A stretch of 64,000 nucleotides of DNA from Bacillota bacterium (GCA_021783135.1 JAJXUE010000001.1:111055-175054), one strand, 5' to 3'; shown: positions 10,139 to 18,800, numbered from the stretch's first letter. Program-made: numbers and translations. Notes: generated from the sequence alone by a model not told the origin.

Positions 10139-10720
10139 TTGATTAAGGAAGGAATTGAAACTTTAAAAGAAATGATAGTCAACAGCGAGGGACAACTAAT
10201 CAACGGCCAAACCAACACAACCAATGAAACCAACACAACCAATGAAACCAACACAACCAATGAAACCAACACAACCAACACAACCAACACAACCAACACA
10301 ACCAACACAACCAACACAACCAACACAACCAACACAACCAACGCAACCAACGCAACCAACGCAACCAACGCAACCAATGAAACCAATGAAACCAATGAAA
10401 CCAATGAAACCAATGAACCTTCGTTAGCAGTGGGGAATGCTGTCTCATCTGAGAATTTTCCGGCGAGAAAATTTCAGGTTAACCTAAAAGGAGTCACCAA
10501 ATTTAGGCCTCCGGATCGAGTGCTGAACCGAATATTATACGGGCTGATGTTAGTTGAAGACATTAAAACCATTGAAATGGCGCGTTTATTGGGTGTTAGC
10601 CAACGGGCAGTTGAACGTTGGATTTCGGAAGGAATTGTACCGAAGCAACCCAGACAAGATATGTTATCCACCATCTTGAAGTGTCCTCCACACATATTAT
10701 TTAGTGAAGTTGATAAATAA
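10112..10720 (+). CDS. Hypothetical DNA-binding protein: N-terminal (Thr-Asn-X)23 low-complexity tract plus C-terminal helix-turn-helix
   Basis: The ORF is open from TTG 10112 but has no convincing SD, so the start is uncertain. The HTH is [24 protein letters not shown]. The true product could instead be only the C-terminal ~60-90 aa. Confidence 0.45.
   Translation: MPKLPILPNLIKEGIETLKEMIVNSEGQLINGQTNTTNETNTTNETNTTNETNTTNTTNTTNTTNTTNTTNTTNTTNATNATNATNATNETNETNETNETNEPSLAVGNAVSSENFPARKFQVNLKGVTKFRPPDRVLNRILYGLMLVEDIKTIEMARLLGVSQRAVERWISEGIVPKQPRQDMLSTILKCPPHILFSEVDK
10211..10417 (+). repeat. 23 x 9-bp perfect tandem array in blocks: (ACCAACACA-ACCAATGAA)x3, ACCAACACA x8, ACCAACGCA x4, ACCAATGAA x5
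   Basis: Counted unit by unit from the sequence. There are three unit variants differing at 1-3 positions and no degenerate copies. Confidence 0.95.
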
Positions 10721-10827
10721 ATGTTGGTTTTTGTCTAAAATTATAAAACTACAAATTGACCGTGCGACTGATTATTGTTACTATGGAAGCAGGGAATGTG
10801 TATTTTGTAACAAGAGGTGTAGTGCGC

Positions 10828-11523
10828 ATGCGAAAAGTTATTATAGCTTTAATTGCGGTAGTATTAATTGGCTGCGTCGTTCTGGTAACCAAATTATCGC
10901 CTCAGCGCGATGCGAGTAATCGGGCTGCTCTAGCTGCAGTAGCTAGTATGCAATCACAGCAACAAGTGGCTCCGGTGGCAACACGAACTATGTCTAACCC
11001 TAAGCCAGTTCAACAACCAGTTCAACAACCTGCAGTTAAGCCGGTCGAATCCCCTAAGCAAAGCCAACCTGTGGCCAAACCGGTTGAAAAAGCAAAACCT
11101 CCGGTACCGAGTCCGGACACATGGAAGGTCACCGTGCAGGACATGGGGCAAACTTTAGTTGCTAATACCTTGCAATATCAAATTACCGCAGCTAGAGTAT
11201 CTATGGCTGATGGACCGATACAGCCTCAAAACGGAAATATGTTTTTGTTGTTTGACATGAATATAAGCAACACCGGATCCGGTGGAGTATCGCTTAGTCC
11301 GATAATGGTATTTAATTTAGTTGACGCTAATCAGACCACATACAGTCCTGATGTGCTCACTTCGAGTGAAGAGGCTTTAAATGTGTTGTTGGGGCCGCAA
11401 CGGTCGGTTTCCGGTCAAGTTCGTTTCGAGGTACCTAAAAGTGTAAAACAGTGGACATTGCAAATTGACTCTTCATTGGTGGGTGCTTCGGTATCAAATA
11501 TCCCGGTAACTATTAGTCAGTAA
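10828..11523 (+). CDS. Secreted or membrane-anchored DUF4352-like protein
   Basis: ATG 10828 gives MRKVIIALIAVVLIGCVV, which is a signal anchor or a lipobox-like LIGC. A P/Q/K-rich linker follows, then a C-terminal beta-rich domain resembling DUF4352. Confidence 0.6.
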   Translation: MRKVIIALIAVVLIGCVVLVTKLSPQRDASNRAALAAVASMQSQQQVAPVATRTMSNPKPVQQPVQQPAVKPVESPKQSQPVAKPVEKAKPPVPSPDTWKVTVQDMGQTLVANTLQYQITAARVSMADGPIQPQNGNMFLLFDMNISNTGSGGVSLSPIMVFNLVDANQTTYSPDVLTSSEEALNVLLGPQRSVSGQVRFEVPKSVKQWTLQIDSSLVGASVSNIPVTISQ

Positions 11524-11561
11524 CAACATTTAGTAATAGCAAGCTTAGTGGGACCGTAACC

Positions 11562-11590
11562 TTTACCCACTCTCAGTCATATGGTATAAT
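11562..11590 (+). promoter_or_regulatory. Promoter of the SCIFF precursor gene
   Basis: TTTACC, 17 nt spacer, extended -10 TGgTATAAT. Confidence 0.6.
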
Positions 11591-11621
11591 TTAGTCAGAA
11601 TTTTGCGTAGGAGGGTTTCCT

Positions 11622-11762
11622 TTGACAAAACATATTGTGACGATTACCAAGGCCAATCTTAAAGATACTTTGAAAACAGGCGGTTGCGGTGAATGCCAGA
11701 CTTCTTGCCAATCTGCCTGCAAAACGTCTTGCACGGTCGGTAATCAAGTTTGTGTTAAATAG
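11622..11762 (+). CDS. SCIFF (six cysteines in forty-five residues) ranthipeptide precursor, 46 aa
   Basis: It is absent from the ORF track. TTG start lies 6 nt after AGGAGGG. Translation is MTKHIVTITKANLKDTLKTGGCGECQTSCQSACKTSCTVGNQVCVK. The GGCGECQTSCQSACKTSCTVGNQ core is the family signature. Confidence 0.9.
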   Translation: MTKHIVTITKANLKDTLKTGGCGECQTSCQSACKTSCTVGNQVCVK

Positions 11763-11796
11763 GTCTAAGTTTTAGTCGCGTCAATCGAACAATAAG

Positions 11797-11822
11797 CCCA
11801 GCCCACAATTGGGCTGGGTTTT
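11797..11822 (+). terminator. Intrinsic terminator/attenuator between the SCIFF precursor and its maturase
   Basis: Stem CCCAGCCC, loop acaatt, stem GGGCTGGG, followed by TTTT. Confidence 0.7.
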
Positions 11823-11850
11823 AACTTTTATCTCGAGGAGGAAATTTTCT

Positions 11851-13269
11851 TTGGATTTGATCAACTACAACTTTGCGAGTAATCTGCACTGCTTTGAACA
11901 AGGCGGGATGAAGATTGTTTTAGACGTTAACAGCGGTTCGCTGCATTCTCTAGATGGGTGTGCTTGGGAAGTAATACAGCAACTGATTGCGTATAAGGGT
12001 TGTTGGGAGGAGGTTCAGGCCGACCTTGCGGCTAGATATTCTGCCGTGGAGTTAGCGGAAGTACTGGCTGAACTAACTCAGTTGGCGCAAGAAGGCAGTC
12101 TCTTTACGACTGATGTTACATATGTCAGGCCCGAGTTCCCCCGCGAGCCAGTGGTTAAAGCGATTTGCTTACATGTAGCGCATGACTGTAATTTAAGGTG
12201 TGAGTATTGTTTTGCCGGGACGGGTGATTTCGGTGGCGACCGTTCCCTTATGAGCCTAGAGGTGGGTAAACAAGCAATCCGGTTTGTTCTGGAGAAGTCG
12301 CGGCAGCGTAATCACTGTGAGGTAGATTTCTTTGGCGGGGAACCGCTGGTAAACCTTTCGGTGGTAAGGGAGCTTGTCGCTTATGGCCAAGTTGAGGCTG
12401 CCAAGCTAGGAAAAACAATCAAATTTACCCTCACTACCAATGCCGTACTTCTAAACCAGCAGGTGCGGGAGTTCCTGGCAACGAATGATATAAGTGTAGT
12501 GATGAGCCTTGACGGCAGACCTGAGGTCAACGATAAAATGCGTCCCTATGCCGACGGTTCTGGGAGCTATGCTACAATAGTTAAAAATATTCAGGCCTTT
12601 GCGGCTGAAAACAAGAATTCATCACAGTATGCGGTCGGCACTTACTATTATGTGCGAGGGACGTATACACATCATAATCTGGACTTTGATCTTGACGTCT
12701 TACATATGGCGGACTTGGGAATTAAGCAAATTTCTGTTGAACCAGTCGTGGCGTCGCCGCAAGATCAATATGCTTTTCGACCGGAAGATCTGCCTGTATT
12801 AATGCAAAGTTACGAGCGTTTAGCTGATGCATATCTGGAGCGGCAGGATAATTCAGACGGATTCGACTTTTTCCATTTTAATTTGGAACTCGGTAAAGGC
12901 CCTTGCCTTCCTAAACGTCTTTCGGGTTGTGGCGCCGGGCACGAATATTTGGCTGTAGCGCCGGATGGATCCCTTTTTCCTTGCCACCAGTTTGTCGGTA
13001 ACCCGGAATTTAAGGTGGGCGACGTTTTTAGTGGCGAGATTGATCTTGAAATGGCGGCTCGCTTCCGCGATGCGCACGTTTATAATAAACCGGAGTGCCG
13101 CAAATGCTGGGCTAGGTTTTTCTGCAGCGGAGGGTGCCATGCAGCGGCGTTTAATTTTAACGGTGACCTGCACCAACCGTATGAATTGGGCTGTAAATTG
13201 CAACGTAAGCGCTTAGAGAGCGCAATGTACATTAAGGCCAAGCAAGCATTAAGTCAAGCAATTAGTTAG
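11851..13269 (+). CDS. SCIFF radical-SAM/SPASM peptide maturase (thioether-forming)
   Basis: CNLRCEYCF radical-SAM cluster motif and HCFEQGGMKIVLDVNSGSLH N-terminus as in CteB/Tte1186-type enzymes. The C-terminal Cys-rich SPASM region is CGAG...FPCHQF...CRKCWARFFCSGGCHA. TTG 11851 lies 9 nt after GGAGGA. The track start 11809 lies inside the terminator hairpin. Confidence 0.88.
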   Translation: MDLINYNFASNLHCFEQGGMKIVLDVNSGSLHSLDGCAWEVIQQLIAYKGCWEEVQADLAARYSAVELAEVLAELTQLAQEGSLFTTDVTYVRPEFPREPVVKAICLHVAHDCNLRCEYCFAGTGDFGGDRSLMSLEVGKQAIRFVLEKSRQRNHCEVDFFGGEPLVNLSVVRELVAYGQVEAAKLGKTIKFTLTTNAVLLNQQVREFLATNDISVVMSLDGRPEVNDKMRPYADGSGSYATIVKNIQAFAAENKNSSQYAVGTYYYVRGTYTHHNLDFDLDVLHMADLGIKQISVEPVVASPQDQYAFRPEDLPVLMQSYERLADAYLERQDNSDGFDFFHFNLELGKGPCLPKRLSGCGAGHEYLAVAPDGSLFPCHQFVGNPEFKVGDVFSGEIDLEMAARFRDAHVYNKPECRKCWARFFCSGGCHAAAFNFNGDLHQPYELGCKLQRKRLESAMYIKAKQALSQAIS

Positions 13270-13284
13270 GAAGGATTTGATTGA

Positions 13285-15273
13285 GTGACTGAGCGCCGTA
13301 CAGTATGTCCTTTGAACTGTTTTGATTCCTGCAGTTTAATTGCCAGGGTGGACGCGGGCAAGCTTACCGCGGTCGGCGGTGACCCGGAACATCCTGTAAC
13401 CCAGGGTTTTATTTGTCCTAAGGGCAAGGCTTTGGCAGAAAGAGTCTATAGCCCGGATAGAGTTACCTTCCCATTATTTAAAAGTAAGGGGACATGGCAA
13501 CGCATTACTTGGCAGGATGCTTATGCCATCTGGGCGGAAAAGCTTGTCAAGGCTAGGGAGCAATACGGTTCTCTTTCAGTCCTGCATCACTTTGACTATG
13601 GTTCCAACGGACTGTTGCGCAGTCTTGATCGCCGCTTCTTTAATGTCTTTGGCGGGGTCACAGTTCCCACCGGCAGTTTGTGTTGGGGCAGCGGCATCGC
13701 AGCTCAATTGTATGATTTTGGCGGATATTACAGCCATAGTTGGAGAGACTTGTCTAACTCCCGTACAATTATTTTGTGGGGACGAGATCCGATTGTTACC
13801 AACTTGCATATGCTACCATTTTTACGCAAGGCTAAAGAGCAGGCGGCCCAGATTTATGTAATTAACCCAACTAAGGTCAAGTCGGTAGACTTGGCTGACC
13901 ACTATATAAGTGTTCGACCGGGTACGGACGGGGCTTTGGCATTAGGCTTAGCCTATATTATTTTAGAGGAACGTTTATTAGATTTAGGTTTTGTCCAAAA
14001 CTATGTACAGGGTTTTGCTGAATATGCTGCAATGGTGAAAGAGTTCCCCCCGGAAAAGGTAAGTGAAATCACGGGTGTACCCCTCCAAGTTATGCAGGAA
14101 TTGGCGCGGACCGTTGCCAGACAAAAGCCTACAGCAGTTATCTTTGGCTATGGCCCGCAACGCTATACGAACGGAGGGCAAACGATCCGAGCCATAAATG
14201 CGCTAATGGCTATTACAGGCAATATTGGCATATCCGGCGGGGGAGCAAATTATGCGCACCAATATAATCAAGGTTTGTTTAAAGACCTGACCCTACCTGA
14301 GTTAGCTCGGCATAAGCGGGAAATACCATTTGCGTCGCTTGGAAGACAGATACCGCAACTCGATCCGCCGCTTAAGGTTGCGGTTGTAACCAGGTCGAAC
14401 CCTGTATGTCAGCATCCTGATACTGCAGTTTTCAGCCGCTCATTTCAGAGTATTGACTTTAAGGTCACCATTGATTTTCACCTCAACGATACGGCGGCTG
14501 TCTCAGATTTGTTTTTACCTTGTACAACTATTTTTGAGGAAGAGGATTTGATTGCGACTTCATGGAGCGAATATCTTGGTTATGCTCCTAAATTGATAGA
14601 ACCTGTGGGCGAGTCCAAACCAGACCCGCTAATTTTCAGTGAGTTGGCCCAAGTGTTGGGAATGGGAGACTACTTTACGAAGACGAGCGCAGAATGGCTC
14701 GATGAAGCACTCGAACCGGCGGAAAAAAAGTTTGGTTTGACACTCGCTAGCTTGCGTGAAGGCTGGATCAGAAACCCGCAATTTAAAGATGTGGCTTGGC
14801 AAGAGCGTAGTTTTAACACTCCTTCCGGCAAAGTTGAATTGTTTTCGCAGCAGGCATTGGAGCAAGTCGGCGAGGGAACAGCACGCTTTGTCCCGGCGCT
14901 GGAGAGTGGTTCACAGGAGCTTGCGGGGTACCCGCTTTATTTTCTCACACCGCACCCATCCAACGCCTTGCACTCGCAATTTAATGCGGACGCGGATAAT
15001 TACCCATATTTAGATATTAACCCGGAGACGGCTGAGAGCTATTACCTGCGTGATAACGATTTGGTGGTAGTGGAATCACTGCGTGGGCAACTGCTTTGTC
15101 GAGCCAGACATAGTGGGCGTCAACGAGCTGATACCGTTCAGGTAACTGAAGGAAAATGGCTTAAATTCGGTGGCGGAGTTAATTTCCTTACCCCAGGATT
15201 TCGCACAGATATGGGTGATGGTGTTCCCTACTACGATTGTCGCTGCCAATTGCGCAAATATTTTCCCGGGTAA
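13285..15273 (+). CDS. Cytoplasmic molybdopterin (bis-MGD) oxidoreductase, DmsA-like catalytic subunit without partner subunits
   Basis: N-terminal C8-x3-C12-x3-C16-x27-C44 FeS motif. GYGPQRYTNGGQTIRAINALMAITGNIGISGGG matches the DMSO-reductase-family core. A C-terminal MopB_CT-like barrel is present. There is no Tat signal. Confidence 0.8.
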   Translation: MTERRTVCPLNCFDSCSLIARVDAGKLTAVGGDPEHPVTQGFICPKGKALAERVYSPDRVTFPLFKSKGTWQRITWQDAYAIWAEKLVKAREQYGSLSVLHHFDYGSNGLLRSLDRRFFNVFGGVTVPTGSLCWGSGIAAQLYDFGGYYSHSWRDLSNSRTIILWGRDPIVTNLHMLPFLRKAKEQAAQIYVINPTKVKSVDLADHYISVRPGTDGALALGLAYIILEERLLDLGFVQNYVQGFAEYAAMVKEFPPEKVSEITGVPLQVMQELARTVARQKPTAVIFGYGPQRYTNGGQTIRAINALMAITGNIGISGGGANYAHQYNQGLFKDLTLPELARHKREIPFASLGRQIPQLDPPLKVAVVTRSNPVCQHPDTAVFSRSFQSIDFKVTIDFHLNDTAAVSDLFLPCTTIFEEEDLIATSWSEYLGYAPKLIEPVGESKPDPLIFSELAQVLGMGDYFTKTSAEWLDEALEPAEKKFGLTLASLREGWIRNPQFKDVAWQERSFNTPSGKVELFSQQALEQVGEGTARFVPALESGSQELAGYPLYFLTPHPSNALHSQFNADADNYPYLDINPETAESYYLRDNDLVVVESLRGQLLCRARHSGRQRADTVQVTEGKWLKFGGGVNFLTPGFRTDMGDGVPYYDCRCQLRKYFPG

Positions 15274-15286
15274 GGGGGTAAGCATT

Positions 15287-16156
15287 TTGAGGCAAAAAAT
15301 ACTGGGGTTGAGCCTTTTTTTCTTGGTCGTCGCCATTCTTTCCGGTGCATTTTTCTATGGATATTATTACGGTAAACCGGGCAATGTTCAGGATCAAACT
15401 GTCGGTTCAGCTACTGATCCTCTGAATGTAATTAAAAATCTTGAGAAACAAGCGCAGGGTAACCCGAATAACCTCAGCATCACAGAGACCTTGGGTGATG
15501 ACTATTTTGATTTAGCCAGTAGTCTGAGAAATAACGGTGATACGCAGCAGTCGCAGCTGTATTTTGCCAAAGCTGCTGCAACCTACAGTAAGGTCATGGC
15601 TTCAGAACCTACCCGAGTAGATGTGCAAACTGACATGGCCACTGCTCTATATTACAGTAATCAGCCGGATCAGGCTGAAGCAGCTTACAAAAAGGCAATT
15701 CAGATTAATCCTAACTATTTAAATGCAAGGTTAAATTATGGCATCTTTTTGCTTTATGTACGGGGAGATACGACCGGCGCCAGAAAAGAGTTGTTTAAGG
15801 CGATGTCCCTGCAGCCTTCTAGCGATACTTTGACTAAAATAAGGTCAATTTTGGCCCAAACCGATGCAACCACTGTTTCCCCCAGTACCAGTGGTACTCC
15901 GGATTGGAGTAAGGATATTGAGCCTGTAATATTTCAGGCGTGTGCTGCCCAGTGTCATGGTCCGGGTGGAACAATGGCCCAGGCGCCATTGCAAGACTAT
16001 AATGCAGTAATGAAGTTTGTAACCCCCGGCGATATTAATAGTCCATTACTGCAGAGAATTAAAGACGGGCACGGTGTGAAGCTTGATGCGGCAACAATTG
16101 AGTTAATCCAGCGATGGGTTGCAGGCGGAGCTCCGGGACCCAAGTCAGGTTCCTAG
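15287..16156 (+). CDS. Membrane-anchored TPR-repeat protein with a C-terminal mono-haem cytochrome c domain
   Basis: TTG 15287 lies 8 nt after AAGGGGG. The N-terminal anchor is LGLSLFFLVVAILSGAFFYGYYY. A TPR-like AEAAYKKAIQINPNYLNARLNYG repeat is present, along with a CAAQCHG haem-binding site. The ...IQRWVAGGAPGP tail resembles the Planctomycete-type cytochrome c (PSCyt1) domain. Confidence 0.65.
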   Translation: MRQKILGLSLFFLVVAILSGAFFYGYYYGKPGNVQDQTVGSATDPLNVIKNLEKQAQGNPNNLSITETLGDDYFDLASSLRNNGDTQQSQLYFAKAAATYSKVMASEPTRVDVQTDMATALYYSNQPDQAEAAYKKAIQINPNYLNARLNYGIFLLYVRGDTTGARKELFKAMSLQPSSDTLTKIRSILAQTDATTVSPSTSGTPDWSKDIEPVIFQACAAQCHGPGGTMAQAPLQDYNAVMKFVTPGDINSPLLQRIKDGHGVKLDAATIELIQRWVAGGAPGPKSGS

Positions 16157-16171
16157 ACATTTTGGTCAATT

Positions 16172-16199
16172 TTGTGATTTGTCAAACATTTGTTATAAT
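16172..16199 (+). promoter_or_regulatory. Sigma-A-like promoter upstream of yycJ-like gene
   Basis: TTGTGA, 16 nt spacer, extended -10 TGtTATAAT. Confidence 0.55.
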
Positions 16200-16232
16200 T
16201 ACTGTGTCGTTCAGCGGCAGAGGAGAAAAGAA

Positions 16233-17018
16233 ATGAAACTGGCTACACTAGCAAGCGGCAGTTCAGGTAACTCATCCGTTGTAACCGGCGGACAAACCTC
16301 ACTGTTAATCGATGCAGGGCTTAGCGGCAAGGGAATTAGTACTAGACTGGAGTCCCTTGGAGTGGATGTAAAGAAATTAGCAGGAATTTTGGTTACGCAC
16401 GAACATCAGGATCACATCCAAGGCGTGGGAGTTCTGGCTCGTAGGCATAAATTACCGGTTTATGCGCTGGAACCATGTTTCGCCGCAATGGAAGTTGGAG
16501 TGTTGCCGGATGGTTGTTGTCATGTTTTAGAGCAAGGCGAGGCTTTGGAAATTGGCGAGTTAAAAGTTGAGCTTTTTAATACCTCGCACGACAGCATGGC
16601 GAGTACTGGTTTTGTTTGTTTTCATGCCGAGAGTAAAATCGGATATGCTACAGACACTGGTGAAGTGTCACCTATAATGATTCGTAAATTGCGCGGCAGT
16701 AACGCCATGATTTTCGAGTCCAACCACGATGAAGAAATGCTATGGCGTGGCAGGTATCCTTATCACTTAAAGCAAAGGATTGCTGCTTCAACAGGACATC
16801 TATCTAACACCGATGCCGGTAAGGCTCTTGCTGAAATAATTGACCACAAGACCAAACGTATTATATTGGCCCATTTAAGCGAGGAAAATAACTTGCCGGA
16901 TATTGCCCTACACACAGTGGGTAATATATTACACGAAGCGGGAGTGCCTGCTTTAGCACCGGAATTGAAAATTCGGACTGCGCCCCGCCATATGCCATTG
17001 GGGGTTGAGGACGTCTAA
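16233..17018 (+). CDS. yycJ: Metallo-beta-lactamase-fold hydrolase, YycJ/WalJ-like
   Basis: ATG 16233 follows AGGAGAAAAG. It has the THEHQDH motif. The yycJ-htrA-rlmH order matches Bacillus. Confidence 0.75.
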   Translation: MKLATLASGSSGNSSVVTGGQTSLLIDAGLSGKGISTRLESLGVDVKKLAGILVTHEHQDHIQGVGVLARRHKLPVYALEPCFAAMEVGVLPDGCCHVLEQGEALEIGELKVELFNTSHDSMASTGFVCFHAESKIGYATDTGEVSPIMIRKLRGSNAMIFESNHDEEMLWRGRYPYHLKQRIAASTGHLSNTDAGKALAEIIDHKTKRIILAHLSEENNLPDIALHTVGNILHEAGVPALAPELKIRTAPRHMPLGVEDV

Positions 17019-17038
17019 CAAGTAGCTGAAGGAGAGTA

Positions 17039-18184
17039 GTGGTAATGGATTATTTCGATGAATCGTATCGTAAACGACCTAAGTATTTTCCGTACATAGT
17101 AATTGCGCTTGTTAGTGCCATTTTTGGGAGCATGTTTTCCTTGGCCATAGCGTCAAAGGTATTTAATCCCCAAACGCAGAACTCACCGGCCGGGCAAAAT
17201 TTGACCGCGACGCTGCCTCAACCTAGCCGCGGGGGGGAACCAAGCAGTTATCAAGTTGTAAATATAGCTAAAGAAATAGGCCCAGCGATAGTTGGCATAG
17301 CAAATTTTCAACCGGCTGACGCTTATGGCGGCTCTGATTTGCAGGAAATAGGCAGTGGTTCAGGGATTATAATCGATGCAGTGAAGGGCTACATTTTAAC
17401 CAACAATCACGTGGTAACCGGGGCTAAAAAATTAGTGGTTTCACTGGCAGACGGGCGCAATTTAGATGCTAAGATGATTGGAGCAGATGCTAGGACTGAT
17501 TTAGCGATCCTGCAAATAAGTGATACCAAAAGGCTGACAGCAGCGGCTATTGGTGACTCGAATGCCCTGCAAGTTGGAGAACCTGTTGTGGCTATTGGCA
17601 ATCCGGGGGGGCAGGAATTTGCCAGATCTGTTACTGTAGGGGTGGTTAGCGCCTTGAACCGGGTATTACAGTTGTCAGGTGAGTCTAGTTTTAATTTGAT
17701 TCAGACCGATGCTGCCATCAATCCGGGTAACAGTGGAGGAGCGTTAGTTAACTGGCAAGGTCAGGTAATCGGGATTAATTCGGCTAAGAATCAGGAACCG
17801 GGTTTTGAAGGTATGGGTTTTGCTATTCCGATTTCCGATGCTTGGCCTGTTGTTAAACAGCTTATCGCAACCGGACATGCCAGTCATGCAGGTTTGCTGG
17901 TGACAATTGACAATCGTTATAATGAGGAGTATGCCCAGGCCAAGGGATGGCCCGCGGGAGCACTCGTGCAAGATGTCTCGCCAAATGGGCCGGCCGATAA
18001 GGCCGGGGTGCAATCGGGAGACATTATTACTGCTGTAAATGGCAAGGCTGTAGCAAACTACTATGACCTGACACACGAGCTCTTTAAATATAAGGCCGGC
18101 GACACTATAAAACTCGTGATTTCACGCAATGGTAAGCAAATAACGACCAGTGTTGTGTTAGCCGAATTGCCTGCCGGAGAATAA
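17039..18184 (+). CDS. htrA: HtrA/DegP-family serine protease with N-terminal anchor and C-terminal PDZ domain
   Basis: Catalytic triad context TNNHVV, DLAILQ and GNSGGAL. The PDZ-like region is GDIITAVNGKAV. Confidence 0.88.
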   Translation: MVMDYFDESYRKRPKYFPYIVIALVSAIFGSMFSLAIASKVFNPQTQNSPAGQNLTATLPQPSRGGEPSSYQVVNIAKEIGPAIVGIANFQPADAYGGSDLQEIGSGSGIIIDAVKGYILTNNHVVTGAKKLVVSLADGRNLDAKMIGADARTDLAILQISDTKRLTAAAIGDSNALQVGEPVVAIGNPGGQEFARSVTVGVVSALNRVLQLSGESSFNLIQTDAAINPGNSGGALVNWQGQVIGINSAKNQEPGFEGMGFAIPISDAWPVVKQLIATGHASHAGLLVTIDNRYNEEYAQAKGWPAGALVQDVSPNGPADKAGVQSGDIITAVNGKAVANYYDLTHELFKYKAGDTIKLVISRNGKQITTSVVLAELPAGE

Positions 18185-18194
18185 GGCTGGTGAT

Positions 18195-18677
18195 TTGATG
18201 CAAATCAAAGTTGTGGCGGTAGGCAAGCTGAAGGAAAGATTTTGGCAAGCCGGAGTGGATGAGTACTTAAAGCGGTTGAAAAGTTACGCCAAGGTGGAAA
18301 TAATTGAAGTAGAAGATGAAAAATGTCCGGAGGCATATTCAGTTGCGCAGGCTTTACAAGTCAAACAACGTGAAGGGCAACGAATCATTAAGGCTGTTGG
18401 GCTTGGGAGTTTTGTCATTGCGCTGCATTTAACAGGCAAGGAATTCACCTCGGAAGGGTTCGCAGCATATCTGGATGATTTAGCTCTCAACAGTAGGAGT
18501 CATGTGACCTTTATTATCGGCGGGTCCTTGGGGCTGGCGAATGAGGTTTTAGAGCGGGCCGATTTGCATTTGGTATTTTCCCGCTTTACCCTGCCGCATC
18601 AATTGATTCGGGTTGTGTTACTTGAACAGCTTTACCGCGCTTGTAAAATTAGTCGTAATGAACCATATCATAAATGA
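18195..18677 (+). CDS. rlmH: 23S rRNA (pseudouridine1915-N3)-methyltransferase RlmH
   Basis: SPOUT fold of about 160 aa. It has KIKVVAVGKLKE at the N-terminus, FIIGGSLG, and a LPHQLIRVVLLEQLYRA tail. Confidence 0.9.
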   Translation: MMQIKVVAVGKLKERFWQAGVDEYLKRLKSYAKVEIIEVEDEKCPEAYSVAQALQVKQREGQRIIKAVGLGSFVIALHLTGKEFTSEGFAAYLDDLALNSRSHVTFIIGGSLGLANEVLERADLHLVFSRFTLPHQLIRVVLLEQLYRACKISRNEPYHK

Positions 18678-18800
18678 AGCCATTTTTTTGAGCTGTGATT
18701 TTTGAGCTATAAAGAGGGAGAACCCATGCAGTGCTTGGGTTCTCCTAGTCTTTGAATTATATCCAGATAATATTTTACACATAGTATCAAGGGAGAGAAC

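Noticed and set aside
10211-10417. CRISPR array.
   Set aside because: The units are 9 bp and abut one another with no spacers, and there are no cas genes. This is a minisatellite, not a CRISPR.
10027-10448. Three additional ORFs (10027-10413 minus, 10200-10448 minus, 10224-10427 plus) encoding VSL/VAL, WFH/WLC or KPTQP repeats.
   Set aside because: They exist only because the 9-bp tandem array has no stop codons in most frames on either strand. They have no start context and no sequence outside the repeat to support them.
9972-11523. Possible integrated mobile element at the 3' end of tRNA-Gly (odd HTH gene, repeats, secreted DUF4352 protein).
   Set aside because: No integrase, recombinase or excisionase-integrase pair is present. 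I could not find a direct repeat of the tRNA-Gly 3' end downstream that would mark an att site. At most it is a decayed remnant.
11809-11850. ORF-track start (TTG 11809) for the SCIFF maturase.
   Set aside because: That codon lies inside the terminator hairpin. Homologues begin just before the xHxFE motif. TTG 11851 lies 9 nt after GGAGGA and is the better start.
13285-15273. Periplasmic (Tat-exported) or selenocysteine-containing molybdoenzyme.
   Set aside because: The RR at residues 4-5 is immediately followed by the FeS Cys motif, with no hydrophobic h-region. There is no in-frame TGA.
15170-15286. N-terminal extension of the TPR/cytochrome c ORF that overlaps the end of the Mo-enzyme gene by 104 nt.
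   Set aside because: The extension has no SD. TTG 15287 follows AAGGGGG and begins directly at the signal anchor.
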